64,000 nt of DNA from an uncultured Bifidobacterium sp. (lineage in GTDB: Bacteria > Pseudomonadota > Gammaproteobacteria > Burkholderiales > Burkholderiaceae_D), in assembly GCA_964515155.1 (NCBI GenBank), contig CAZESK010000002.1, positions 10,950 through 74,949 on the forward strand. Direction: 5' to 3'. Below are positions 56,326 to 64,000 of this stretch, one piece after another. The notes under the pieces are model-generated. The model did no database searches, had not been told where the DNA came from, and worked only from the letters and a program-made list of their open reading frames with translations. The stretch's first letter is position 1, and the number at the start of each line of letters is the position of its first letter. The position numbers were made by a program, and so were the translations under genes.

Positions 56326-57741
56326 TCAGGAAGATTGCCGCTCTCGGTACAGCTCCCTGAAGGTCTTGCCCGAGGGAGCCGGCATGTCGCGATTATCCGT
56401 CCATCCGCCGGCGCCCGGCAATGAATGGATCACCTTGCCGCTACCGCCCCACAGCTTAAGCACGCGCGCGGCGGCCTTCGTAGCAAAACGATAAAGCCTC
56501 GGACGTTTGGCAAAGAAGGCCCATGCTTCGAAAGCCAGGTACTCGAAGCGCGGGCGCAGGCCCTTCTTGAACTGCTTCTCGCGCAGCTTGCGCAGCAGGT
56601 CCGGCAGTGGAATCTTCACCGGGCACACCACATGGCATTCGCCGCACAGCGTCGAGGCCTGGGGCAGGTCCATCGCATTCTCGACGCCGACATAAGACGG
56701 CGTAAGCACACTGCCCATCGGCCCCGGGTAGACCCAGCCATAACTGTGGCCACCGATCTTCTGGTACACGGGGCAGTGGTTCATGCACGCGCCGCAGCGG
56801 ATGCAGCGGAGCATGTCCTCGAACTCCGAACCAACCAGGCTGGTACGCCCGGCATCGACCAGCACGAAATACATATGCTCCGGACCATCCTGGTCATCCT
56901 GGCCGCGCGGGCCGGTGAGCAGCGAGAAGTAATTGGAAATCGACTGGCCTGTGGCCGAGCGCGGCAGCAGGCGCATCACCGTCGCGAGGTCGGACAGCGT
57001 CGGCAGTACTTTCTCGATACCGGTCACGACCACATGTACCTTGGGCGGCATGATCGTGCACATGCCCTCGTTGCCCTCGTTGGTGACAACAGCCACCGAG
57101 CCGGACTCGGCAATGATGAAATTACCGCCGGTGACCCCCATGTCGGCCGACAGAAAGTGCGGCCGCAGCACCTCGCGCGCCTCCCGGGTCATTTCCGGAA
57201 TATCCGTGACACGCGGCTTGTTGTGTACCTTGGCAAAGAGATCCGCAATCTCTTCCTTGTCCTTGTGGACCACGGGGGCAATGATGTGCGACGGCGCCTC
57301 GTTATCGTTGATCTGCAGGATGTACTCGCCGAGATCGGTCTCGATCGGCGTCACGCCAACGGCCTCGAGCGCACGGTTCAGCTGCATCTCCTCCGACACC
57401 ATCGACTTCGACTTGATGACCTTCTTTACCTGATGCTTTTGTGCGATCTCGACCACCAGCCGCGATGCTTCCTCGGCGGTCTGCGCATAGAGCACGGTGG
57501 CACCGCGACGGCTTGCTTCCTGCTCGAAGGTGGCGAGCCAGACGTCGAGATTCTTGATCGCGCGCATGCGGCGCTCGACTGCGGCATCGCGCGTGCCTTC
57601 GAAGTCATCAAGCTCAGTGATGGCGCTGGCGCGCGCCGTGACGAACTTGGTGGATAGCTTTTTGAGATTCTGTTGCAGACGCAAGTCGGCGAGTTTCTCT
57701 CCGGCGCGCGCCTTGAAGTGCATGGATTGAACTTGCATCAT
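56326..57741 (-). CDS. lutB: lactate utilization protein B (LutB/YkgF-like Fe-S protein)
   Basis: CIRCGACMNHCP and LCGECHVVCP ferredoxin motifs plus a LUD domain. Start ATGATG overlaps the lutA stop; the long ORF extension was rejected. Confidence 0.85.
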   Translation of the reverse strand: MMQVQSMHFKARAGEKLADLRLQQNLKKLSTKFVTARASAITELDDFEGTRDAAVERRMRAIKNLDVWLATFEQEASRRGATVLYAQTAEEASRLVVEIAQKHQVKKVIKSKSMVSEEMQLNRALEAVGVTPIETDLGEYILQINDNEAPSHIIAPVVHKDKEEIADLFAKVHNKPRVTDIPEMTREAREVLRPHFLSADMGVTGGNFIIAESGSVAVVTNEGNEGMCTIMPPKVHVVVTGIEKVLPTLSDLATVMRLLPRSATGQSISNYFSLLTGPRGQDDQDGPEHMYFVLVDAGRTSLVGSEFEDMLRCIRCGACMNHCPVYQKIGGHSYGWVYPGPMGSVLTPSYVGVENAMDLPQASTLCGECHVVCPVKIPLPDLLRKLREKQFKKGLRPRFEYLAFEAWAFFAKRPRLYRFATKAAARVLKLWGGSGKVIHSLPGAGGWTDNRDMPAPSGKTFRELYRERQSS

Positions 57742-58475
57742 GCGTCTCCCGCAAGTACCTGGGCAACATGCAGCACCCGGGTGGTATGGTCGCCGGTGCG
57801 GCGCAGCCGGCCCTCGATATTGAGCATGCAGCCGAGATCGCCGAGCACGACGGCACCAGCGCCACTCTCGTGAATGTGCTCGCATTTTTCATCAACAATG
57901 GCGGTCGAAATATCGCCGTACTTGACCGCGAAGGTACCGCCGAAGCCGCAGCACTGGCGCGCCTGCGCCATTTCCTTCAGCTCGACGCCCTCGCGGCGTG
58001 CGAGCAGCTCACGCGGCTGGCGTTGCACGCCCAGCTCGCGCAGACCGCAGCATGAGTCGTGATAGGTCACCGTACCTTTGAAGGCGCCGGGCAGGGCGGC
58101 CGGCAGCGTCTCGAGCTTGACGACGGTGGCAAGGAAATCGGTGAGCTCGTAGACGCGCTCCTTGATCTTCGCATAGCGTGCCAGCAGCGCGGGATGGCCG
58201 GTGAAGATATCGTCGTAATGGGTCTTGATCGTCCCGCCGCAAGAGCCGGAGGGGATCACAATGTAGTCAAAGCTCTCGAACTCGTCGAGGAACTTGGCGG
58301 CTAGCTCGCGCGCCGCGTCCTTGTTGCCGCTGCTGTAGGCAGGCTGCCCACAGCACGTCTGGTTCTCGGGCACGATCACCTTGCAACCGGCGGCTTCGAG
58401 TAATTTGAGAGTGGAAAATCCTATCTCGGGACGCATGACGTCCACGAGGCAAGTCACCAGGAGTCCAACACGCAT
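57738..58475 (-). CDS. lutA: lactate utilization protein A (LutA/YkgE-like CCG-domain oxidoreductase)
   Basis: MRVGLLVTCLVD start and two CCG-type Cys motifs (QTCCGQP, HDSCCG, CCGFGG). Confidence 0.85.
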   Translation of the reverse strand: MRVGLLVTCLVDVMRPEIGFSTLKLLEAAGCKVIVPENQTCCGQPAYSSGNKDAARELAAKFLDEFESFDYIVIPSGSCGGTIKTHYDDIFTGHPALLARYAKIKERVYELTDFLATVVKLETLPAALPGAFKGTVTYHDSCCGLRELGVQRQPRELLARREGVELKEMAQARQCCGFGGTFAVKYGDISTAIVDEKCEHIHESGAGAVVLGDLGCMLNIEGRLRRTGDHTTRVLHVAQVLAGDA

Positions 58476-58663
58476 GACGTATTCCCGTTTCGGTGCAGTT
58501 TTTGACAGCCCCAATTATCTGACGATAGCCCGGGCATCCGGGCGACTTCAAGGGATGAAATAAATTCGCGGAATGTGTGAGGTGATTGCAGACGGGCATC
58601 GCAAAGCGGGCGGCGCCCGAATGCCGCTGATCGCGGCAAGAGCCGGAAATCGCACCGGACAGC

Positions 58664-58696
58664 TTGTGATGACTTTTCACATTGTGGTATAACCAC
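58664..58696 (+). promoter_or_regulatory. candidate promoter and operator of the IclR-family gene
   Basis: TTGTGA (58664-58669), 18 nt, TATAAC (58688-58693). The -10 sits inside the palindrome GTGGTataACCAC (58684-58696). Confidence 0.4.
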
Positions 58697-58721
58697 TGCA
58701 TGTCATCGTACCCGCTTCGCC

Positions 58722-59510
58722 ATGAAAGCCGATTCTTCCGCACCCAGTGACAAAACTTCGATCCAGGTGATCGAACGCATGATGACGCTGCTCGATGCGT
58801 TGGCGGCGCACCCCGATCCCGTCAGCCTCAAACAGCTATCCACCGTCACCGGGCTGCATCCGTCGACCGCGCACCGAATCCTGAACGACATGGTCGCCAA
58901 GCGCTTCGTCGATCGGGCAGAGCCGGGCACCTATCGGCTGGGTATGCGCCTTCTGGAATTGGGTAACATCGTGAAAAGCCGGCTGAATGTGCGCGAGGCC
59001 GCCCTGCCCTATATGCAGGCTCTGCACCGCAAGACGCAGCAGACGGTGAACCTGTCGGTTCGTCAAGGCGATGAGATTGTGTATATCGATCGTGCCTTCT
59101 CCGAGCGATCCGGCATGCAGGTCGTGCGTGCGATCGGTGGCCGTGCGCCGCTACACCTGACCTCGATTGGCAAGCTCTTCCTGTCCGTCGACGACACGAA
59201 AGCCGTGCGCGCATATGCCACCCGTACCGGACTGGCCGGCCATAACCGCAACTCGATCACCGATCTCACGAAACTGGAGCGAGAGCTCTCGCTGGTGCGC
59301 GCACGCGGCTATGCAAGGGATAACGAGGAACTGGAACTGGGCGTGCGCTGCATGGCCGCCGGTATACGCGATGATGCCGGGCGAATGATCGCCGGGCTGT
59401 CGATCTCGGCGCCGGTCGACCGGCTGCGGGACGAGTGGCTGGAAGACCTGATTGCCACGGCCAACGATATTTCGTCGGTACTGGGACACCGGGCGGCCGA
59501 AAGCGCTTGA
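58722..59510 (+). CDS. IclR family transcriptional regulator
   Basis: 262 aa. IQVIERMMTLLDALA wHTH region and a C-terminal IclR effector domain pattern. Confidence 0.9.
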   Translation: MKADSSAPSDKTSIQVIERMMTLLDALAAHPDPVSLKQLSTVTGLHPSTAHRILNDMVAKRFVDRAEPGTYRLGMRLLELGNIVKSRLNVREAALPYMQALHRKTQQTVNLSVRQGDEIVYIDRAFSERSGMQVVRAIGGRAPLHLTSIGKLFLSVDDTKAVRAYATRTGLAGHNRNSITDLTKLERELSLVRARGYARDNEELELGVRCMAAGIRDDAGRMIAGLSISAPVDRLRDEWLEDLIATANDISSVLGHRAAESA

Positions 59511-59551
59511 GCCTGCGCCGGTATTTCAGGCATCGGCAGTAGGCGAGGCTG

Positions 59552-59582
59552 AAAAAAAGCGAACCATCGGGGTTCGCTTTTT
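59552..59582. terminator. bidirectional intrinsic terminator
   Basis: A7-GCGAACCatcggGGTTCGC-T5, between the convergent iclR-family and pbpG genes. Confidence 0.85.
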
Positions 59583-59602
59583 CGTTGGGCTGCTGCCCGC
59601 GA

Positions 59603-60703
59603 TCAGCTGCTCTGGGCAGCCCGCTCCGACATCGCCGAGGCCCCGCGGTTCTCCAGCCACTTACGGATGCGGCTGGCGTCCGCGAGACGCGACTGTTTGC
59701 TCTTGGAGTCAAGGAAGATCATCACCACCGGCCGGCCGGATACATGGACCTGCATCACTAGGCAGCGCCCCGCCTCGGAGATGTAGCCGGTCTTCTGCAG
59801 ACCGATCTCCCAGTCCGGCTTTTCGATCAGGCCATTGGAATTACGGTATTCGAGCATGCGACCGCCCGGATCGACCGCGTAGCGGCTGTCGGTTGAGTAT
59901 TGACGGATCAGCGGATGCTGGTAGGCAGCGATCACCAGCTTGGCGAGATCACGCGCACTGGACACATTCCCGCTGTTGAGGCCAGTCGAGTCGGCAAAAT
60001 TCGAGCTGGTCATGCCCAGTTCACGCGCCTTGACATTCATTGCAGCGACGAAGGCGCGGATTCCGCCCGGGTAGTGCCGGCCAAGTGCCGAAGCAGCGCG
60101 GTTCTCGGAGCTCATCAGCGCGATGTGCAGCATGTTAGCCCGCGAAAGCTGGGAGCCCACGCGCAGGCGCGAGTGACTGAATTTCTCGCGGTCGACGTCT
60201 TCTTCCGTCACCATGAGCATTTCGTCAAGATCCTGGTTGGCCTCGACCACAACGAGGCCCGTCATCAGCTTGGTGATCGAGGCAATCGGTAGGGCGATAC
60301 CGGCATTCTTCTCAAACAGTACCTCGTTGGTGGACTGGTCGAGAACCAGTGCGACGCTGGAATTGAGGTCGAGCGGATCACGGGTGAGGTGAAGGCCGGC
60401 GAGGTCGCCCGCTGTGACCAATGCCGGCACGCCCGCCATCGCCGAAGCGTAGGCCACGCGCTGGGAAGACACCTTGCTCTTGGACTGGCTGGCACGCATC
60501 ACGCGCGGCTTGTTCGCGTCAGCCACGGCCTTGCTGGATTTGGCGGACTTGCCGGCTTGGGCAGCCTTGGCTTTTTTCCCCTGGGCGACCTGCTTACTGC
60601 TGGCCGCACGCTCATCCTTCTGCGACCGCGCGCCATGCGCCGCAGGCATCACGATAACCGTAGCCAATGCGACAACCAACGCCTTGAAAGATAAACCGCG
60701 CAT
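59603..60703 (-). CDS. pbpG: D-alanyl-D-alanine endopeptidase (PBP7/PbpG-like, peptidase S11)
   Basis: Signal peptide, SITKLMT (SxxK) and SSENRA (SxN). There is a Lys/Ala-rich linker after the signal. Confidence 0.85.
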   Translation of the reverse strand: MRGLSFKALVVALATVIVMPAAHGARSQKDERAASSKQVAQGKKAKAAQAGKSAKSSKAVADANKPRVMRASQSKSKVSSQRVAYASAMAGVPALVTAGDLAGLHLTRDPLDLNSSVALVLDQSTNEVLFEKNAGIALPIASITKLMTGLVVVEANQDLDEMLMVTEEDVDREKFSHSRLRVGSQLSRANMLHIALMSSENRAASALGRHYPGGIRAFVAAMNVKARELGMTSSNFADSTGLNSGNVSSARDLAKLVIAAYQHPLIRQYSTDSRYAVDPGGRMLEYRNSNGLIEKPDWEIGLQKTGYISEAGRCLVMQVHVSGRPVVMIFLDSKSKQSRLADASRIRKWLENRGASAMSERAAQSS

Positions 60704-60858
60704 CGCGTACCCCGAAATTGATGCCGAAAAATTGCTTGCAGTTTAGCAAAAAACTGAAATTCTGCAAGCAAATGAGGGAGTTAGCAGCAACAATTAAACA
60801 GGTTTGTCACCCCATGTTGGGTGGGGTCACGGTTTTCGCTTCGTTAAGTTACTCGATT

Positions 60859-61941
60859 TCAAAGTGCCTGCGCAATGGCTTTCCCGAGTTCCATCGTGGT
60901 GCCCTTCCCACCCATGTCGGGAGTCAGCGGGGCGTTATCAGGACCAGCCCCCAGTACGCGCTCGATGGCTTGCACGATGGCCGCCGCAGCATCGGCATGG
61001 CCGAAGTGCTCGAGCATCATCGCCGCCGACCAAATCTGCCCGACCGGATTGGCGATGCCGCGACCGGCGATATCCGGCGCCGAGCCATGCACGGGCTCAA
61101 ACAGCGAGGGCCAGGTACCCTCCGGATTGATGTTCGCCGACGGCGCGATGGCGATTGTTCCCGTGCATGCGGGACCGAGGTCGGACAGGATGTCGCCGAA
61201 CAGGTTGGAGGCAACCACCACATCAAACCAGTCAGGGTGCCGCACGAAGTGGGCGCACAGGATATCGATATGGTACTTGTCACAGTTCACGTCAGGATAG
61301 GCGCGCGCCATATCGGCCACGCGCTCGTCCCAGTACGGCATCGTGATCGAAATACCGTTCGACTTGGTGGCTGAGGTCAGGTGCTTCTTCGGTCGCTTAC
61401 GCGCCAGCTCGAAGGCGTACTTCAGTATGCGGTCGGTGCCGGTGCGCGAAAACACGCTCTGCTGGAACACCATCTCACGCGGCGTGCCTTCATACATGCG
61501 TCCGCCGACCGATGAGTATTCACCCTCGGTGTTTTCACGCACGACGAGAAAATCGATCTCGCCCGGCGCTCGTCCGGCCAGCGGCGACGGCACGCCGGGC
61601 ATCAAACGGCAAGGCCGCAAGTTCACATACTGATCGAACTCACGCCGGAACTTGAGCAGTGAGCCCCAGAGCGATACATGGTCGGGCACGGTTGCGGGCC
61701 AGCCGACGGCGCCGAAGAAAATGGCGTCCTTCGGTGCGAGCTGCTCCTTCCAGTCATCGGGCATCATCTGCCCATGACGAGCATAATAATCGCAACTCGC
61801 ATAATCGATATGCTCGGCATCAAAAGCGATACCGAACTTGCGCGCGGCCTCATCGAGCACGCGTAATCCTTCGGGCATGACTTCCTTGCCGATGCCGTCG
61901 CCGGCGATGACGGCGATCTTCTTCACGAAATCACTCCACAA
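60859..61941 (-). CDS. tartrate dehydrogenase/decarboxylase / D-malate dehydrogenase family protein
   Basis: KIAVIAGDGIGKEV, WGSLLKFRREFDQYVNLRP, NLFGDILSDLG (isopropylmalate/isocitrate DH superfamily, TDH-like). Confidence 0.85.
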   Translation of the reverse strand: MWSDFVKKIAVIAGDGIGKEVMPEGLRVLDEAARKFGIAFDAEHIDYASCDYYARHGQMMPDDWKEQLAPKDAIFFGAVGWPATVPDHVSLWGSLLKFRREFDQYVNLRPCRLMPGVPSPLAGRAPGEIDFLVVRENTEGEYSSVGGRMYEGTPREMVFQQSVFSRTGTDRILKYAFELARKRPKKHLTSATKSNGISITMPYWDERVADMARAYPDVNCDKYHIDILCAHFVRHPDWFDVVVASNLFGDILSDLGPACTGTIAIAPSANINPEGTWPSLFEPVHGSAPDIAGRGIANPVGQIWSAAMMLEHFGHADAAAAIVQAIERVLGAGPDNAPLTPDMGGKGTTMELGKAIAQAL

Positions 61942-62626
61942 ACCTGACGAATTCCGACACCGGCGCGCGATCGGTAATCAGCGTGTTCTCGATCTTCGAT
62001 AGATCCGCATGACCGAGCGCCATGCCGCAGACCAGTTGCTCGCCATCGGGAATCTGCAGCACCTCCGCGATCACGCGATGGAACTGCGTAAATGCTGCCT
62101 GCGGGCAGGTATCGAGCCCCCGCGCGCGTGCCGCGATCATCACGCTTTGCAGGAACATGCCGTAGTCGAGCCACGAGCCCTGCTCCATGACCCGGTCGAT
62201 CGTGAAGATCAGGCCGACCGGCGCATCGAAGAAGGCATAGTTGCGCCCGTGCTGGGCCTGCATACCAGTCTTGTTCTCGCGCGTGAGACCGAGCAGCGCG
62301 TACAGATCCCAGCCGACCTTGCGCCGTCGGTCGACGTAGGGCGAGACCCATTCGCGCGGGTAGTAGTCGTACTCTTCCTTGTGCTGCGCGGTCTGCTGTG
62401 GATCGAGGTAGGCCTCGAGAATACGCTGAGACAGCCGCTGGCGGACGTCGCCAGTCAGCACATAGACTTTCCACGGCTGGGTATTCGAGCCTGAAGGCGC
62501 ACGTGACGCAACCGACAGAATGGCTTCAATGTCCTCGCGCGCGACTGGTGTCGGCAAGAAGGCGCGGATCGAGCGACGCGAGGTGATGGCGTCGTCGACG
62601 GTATGTTGGGCTGGCGTAGTGATCAT
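61931..62626 (-). CDS. nitroreductase family protein
   Basis: AITSRRSIRAFLPTPV N-terminus and a 231-aa nitroreductase fold pattern. Confidence 0.8.
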   Translation of the reverse strand: MITTPAQHTVDDAITSRRSIRAFLPTPVAREDIEAILSVASRAPSGSNTQPWKVYVLTGDVRQRLSQRILEAYLDPQQTAQHKEEYDYYPREWVSPYVDRRRKVGWDLYALLGLTRENKTGMQAQHGRNYAFFDAPVGLIFTIDRVMEQGSWLDYGMFLQSVMIAARARGLDTCPQAAFTQFHRVIAEVLQIPDGEQLVCGMALGHADLSKIENTLITDRAPVSEFVRFVE

Positions 62627-63060
62627 GAGTGGGTCAGGAGGGTCTGCAAAAGCGCACGTGCGGGCGCGGGAATCGGTGTCGGCTTGCGCGTGATACGGTC
62701 GACGTAGACATGAATGAAGTGGCCTTGTGCCGAGGCCGAGTCATCGTCCTCGCGAAAAATACCAACCTCATAACGGACGCTGCTCTCGCCGAGCCGGGTC
62801 ACGCACAGACCGGCGGTGATGGGCTCGGGGAATGCGATCGGCGCGAAGTAATTGCAATGCGTCTCGACCACCAGCCCGATCGCCTCGCCGGCATGAATGT
62901 CGAGCGTGCCATTGACGATCAGGAATTGATTCACCACCGTATCGAACCACTGGTAATACACAACGTTATTTACATGGCCGTAGGCATCGTTGTCGGCCCA
63001 GCGCGTGGTAATCGGATGGAAGTGCCTGAAATGGGATCGGGTCTTGGGGCTGTCTCTCAT
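62623..63060 (-). CDS. acyl-CoA thioesterase (4HBT/YbgC-like hotdog)
   Basis: RWADNDAYGHVNNVVYYQWFD motif. 4-nt overlap with the nitroreductase gene. Confidence 0.8.
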   Translation of the reverse strand: MRDSPKTRSHFRHFHPITTRWADNDAYGHVNNVVYYQWFDTVVNQFLIVNGTLDIHAGEAIGLVVETHCNYFAPIAFPEPITAGLCVTRLGESSVRYEVGIFREDDDSASAQGHFIHVYVDRITRKPTPIPAPARALLQTLLTHS

Positions 63061-63070
63061 GGTGTTCTGG

Positions 63071-63964
63071 TTATTTTTTTACGACGAAGGCCACGCCAGC
63101 GACCGCCAGCAGCATACCTGCCAGCCCGGAGAGGCCAAAGCGCTCGCCAAACATCAGCCAGGCGATGAGCGCGGTGACCGGCGGTGTCAGGTACATCAGG
63201 CTCGATACATGGGTCGCGGCATTCTTGCGGATCAGCGCAAACAGCAAGAACATCGCACCGATAGATAGAGCGAACACTGACCAGGCGAGCGCCAACAGGA
63301 AATCAGGCGTCCATTGTACTGTGCTGAAATCCGGCGTTAGCCCCTCGAGCCAAATGGCCAGCGGAAGCGTGACAGCGACCGAGGCGCCGAACTGTATGGC
63401 CGCACCGGTACGCAGGTCGAACCTCGGGCAGAAGCGCCTCTGGTACATCGTGCCAGCGGTGATCGACAACAGCGCAAAAACACACAGCGCCACATTGAGC
63501 ACCGAGCTACCATCCGGCGTCAATTTCTCCATCACCACCAGCGCCACCCCGGCCAACCCGAGCAGCAGCCCAACCCACTGACGCGGACGCACAGGCTCGC
63601 CAACCAGTGGTGCAGCCAGGCCGGTGAGCAGCGGCTGCAAGCCGACGATCAGGGCAGACAGGCCGGCGGGCATGCCGAGCTTGATCGCGCACCAGACGCC
63701 GGACAGATAACCGGCCTGTACGAGCACGCCGGCCACCGCAATATGGACTGCCTGTCCGTGCGGCCAGGGCGCGCGCATCACGGCCAGCGCCGGCAGCAAA
63801 AGCGCCAGCACACCGAGGTAGCGCAGCAGCAGGAAGGTCAGCGCCGGGGCATAGGGAAGGCCGAACTTGGCGACGATGAAACCGGTGCTCCAGATCAGCA
63901 CGAACAGCAATGGCATCGCGGCTTCGGCCAGCGGCGTACGGTCTACGGCGACGGTATCGGTCAT
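63071..63964 (-). CDS. DMT (EamA) family transporter
   Basis: 297 aa with 10 TM segments and an EamA repeat pattern. Confidence 0.8.
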   Translation of the reverse strand: MTDTVAVDRTPLAEAAMPLLFVLIWSTGFIVAKFGLPYAPALTFLLLRYLGVLALLLPALAVMRAPWPHGQAVHIAVAGVLVQAGYLSGVWCAIKLGMPAGLSALIVGLQPLLTGLAAPLVGEPVRPRQWVGLLLGLAGVALVVMEKLTPDGSSVLNVALCVFALLSITAGTMYQRRFCPRFDLRTGAAIQFGASVAVTLPLAIWLEGLTPDFSTVQWTPDFLLALAWSVFALSIGAMFLLFALIRKNAATHVSSLMYLTPPVTALIAWLMFGERFGLSGLAGMLLAVAGVAFVVKK

Positions 63965-64000
63965 GTGCCCGCCCGTTGGCAGTAGCCGGCGGCGATACCG

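Noticed and set aside
58665-58681. CRP-like site TGTGAtgactttTCACA in the lutA / iclR intergenic region.
   Set aside because: The spacer is 7 nt instead of the canonical 6, and it overlaps the proposed -35. It may be incidental.

Overview
GC-rich proteobacterial chromosomal segment. The gene order rimP-nusA-infB-rbfA-truB-typA and aat-bpt-pyrD suggests a betaproteobacterium, but that is inference only. All product calls come from reading motifs in the supplied translations; no searches were run. I see no rRNA, CRISPR array, transposase, integrase or phage gene. There are three tRNAs: Ser-GGA, His-GTG and initiator Met. Most of the window is housekeeping: acs, class I fumarase, murI, the translation/ribosome-biogenesis block, scpB-rluB, amt, aat/bpt, pyrD, dgkA and pbpG. 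Three regions look accessory. (1) 0.4-12.9 kb is a minus-strand catabolic island headed by a GntR regulator. It encodes an MFS transporter, an AMP-ligase, a ThDP enzyme, a Tat-exported Rieske protein, an atypical PQQ dehydrogenase, an ACAD-SDR-APH kinase trio resembling the levulinate/4-hydroxyacid (lva) module, and a BKACE enzyme. (2) 21.0-24.2 kb is a tightly coupled mtnP-aldolase-apt-mtnA operon with DHAP-shunt architecture. (3) 28.9-37.5 kb is a stress-type island. It encodes ElaB/YqjD-YqjE-YqjK-entericidin, an SRPBCC protein, two PRC-barrel proteins, a glycine-zipper lipoprotein, two Gly/Ser/Thr/Pro-rich disordered lipoproteins, and two paralogous sigma-54 activators. One activator has a receiver domain lacking the phospho-acceptor Asp; the other has no sensory domain. 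My best candidates for undescribed biology are the PQQ dehydrogenase/Tat-Rieske pair and the sigma-54 activator/disordered-lipoprotein module. Both remain hypotheses. Other items are a textbook sigma-54/IHF/NtrC architecture upstream of amt, a REP/BIME-like element with a 9-bp tandem repeat, and several operator-like palindromes. Many long ORFs in the track are antisense artefacts of high GC, and several N-terminal extensions were trimmed.
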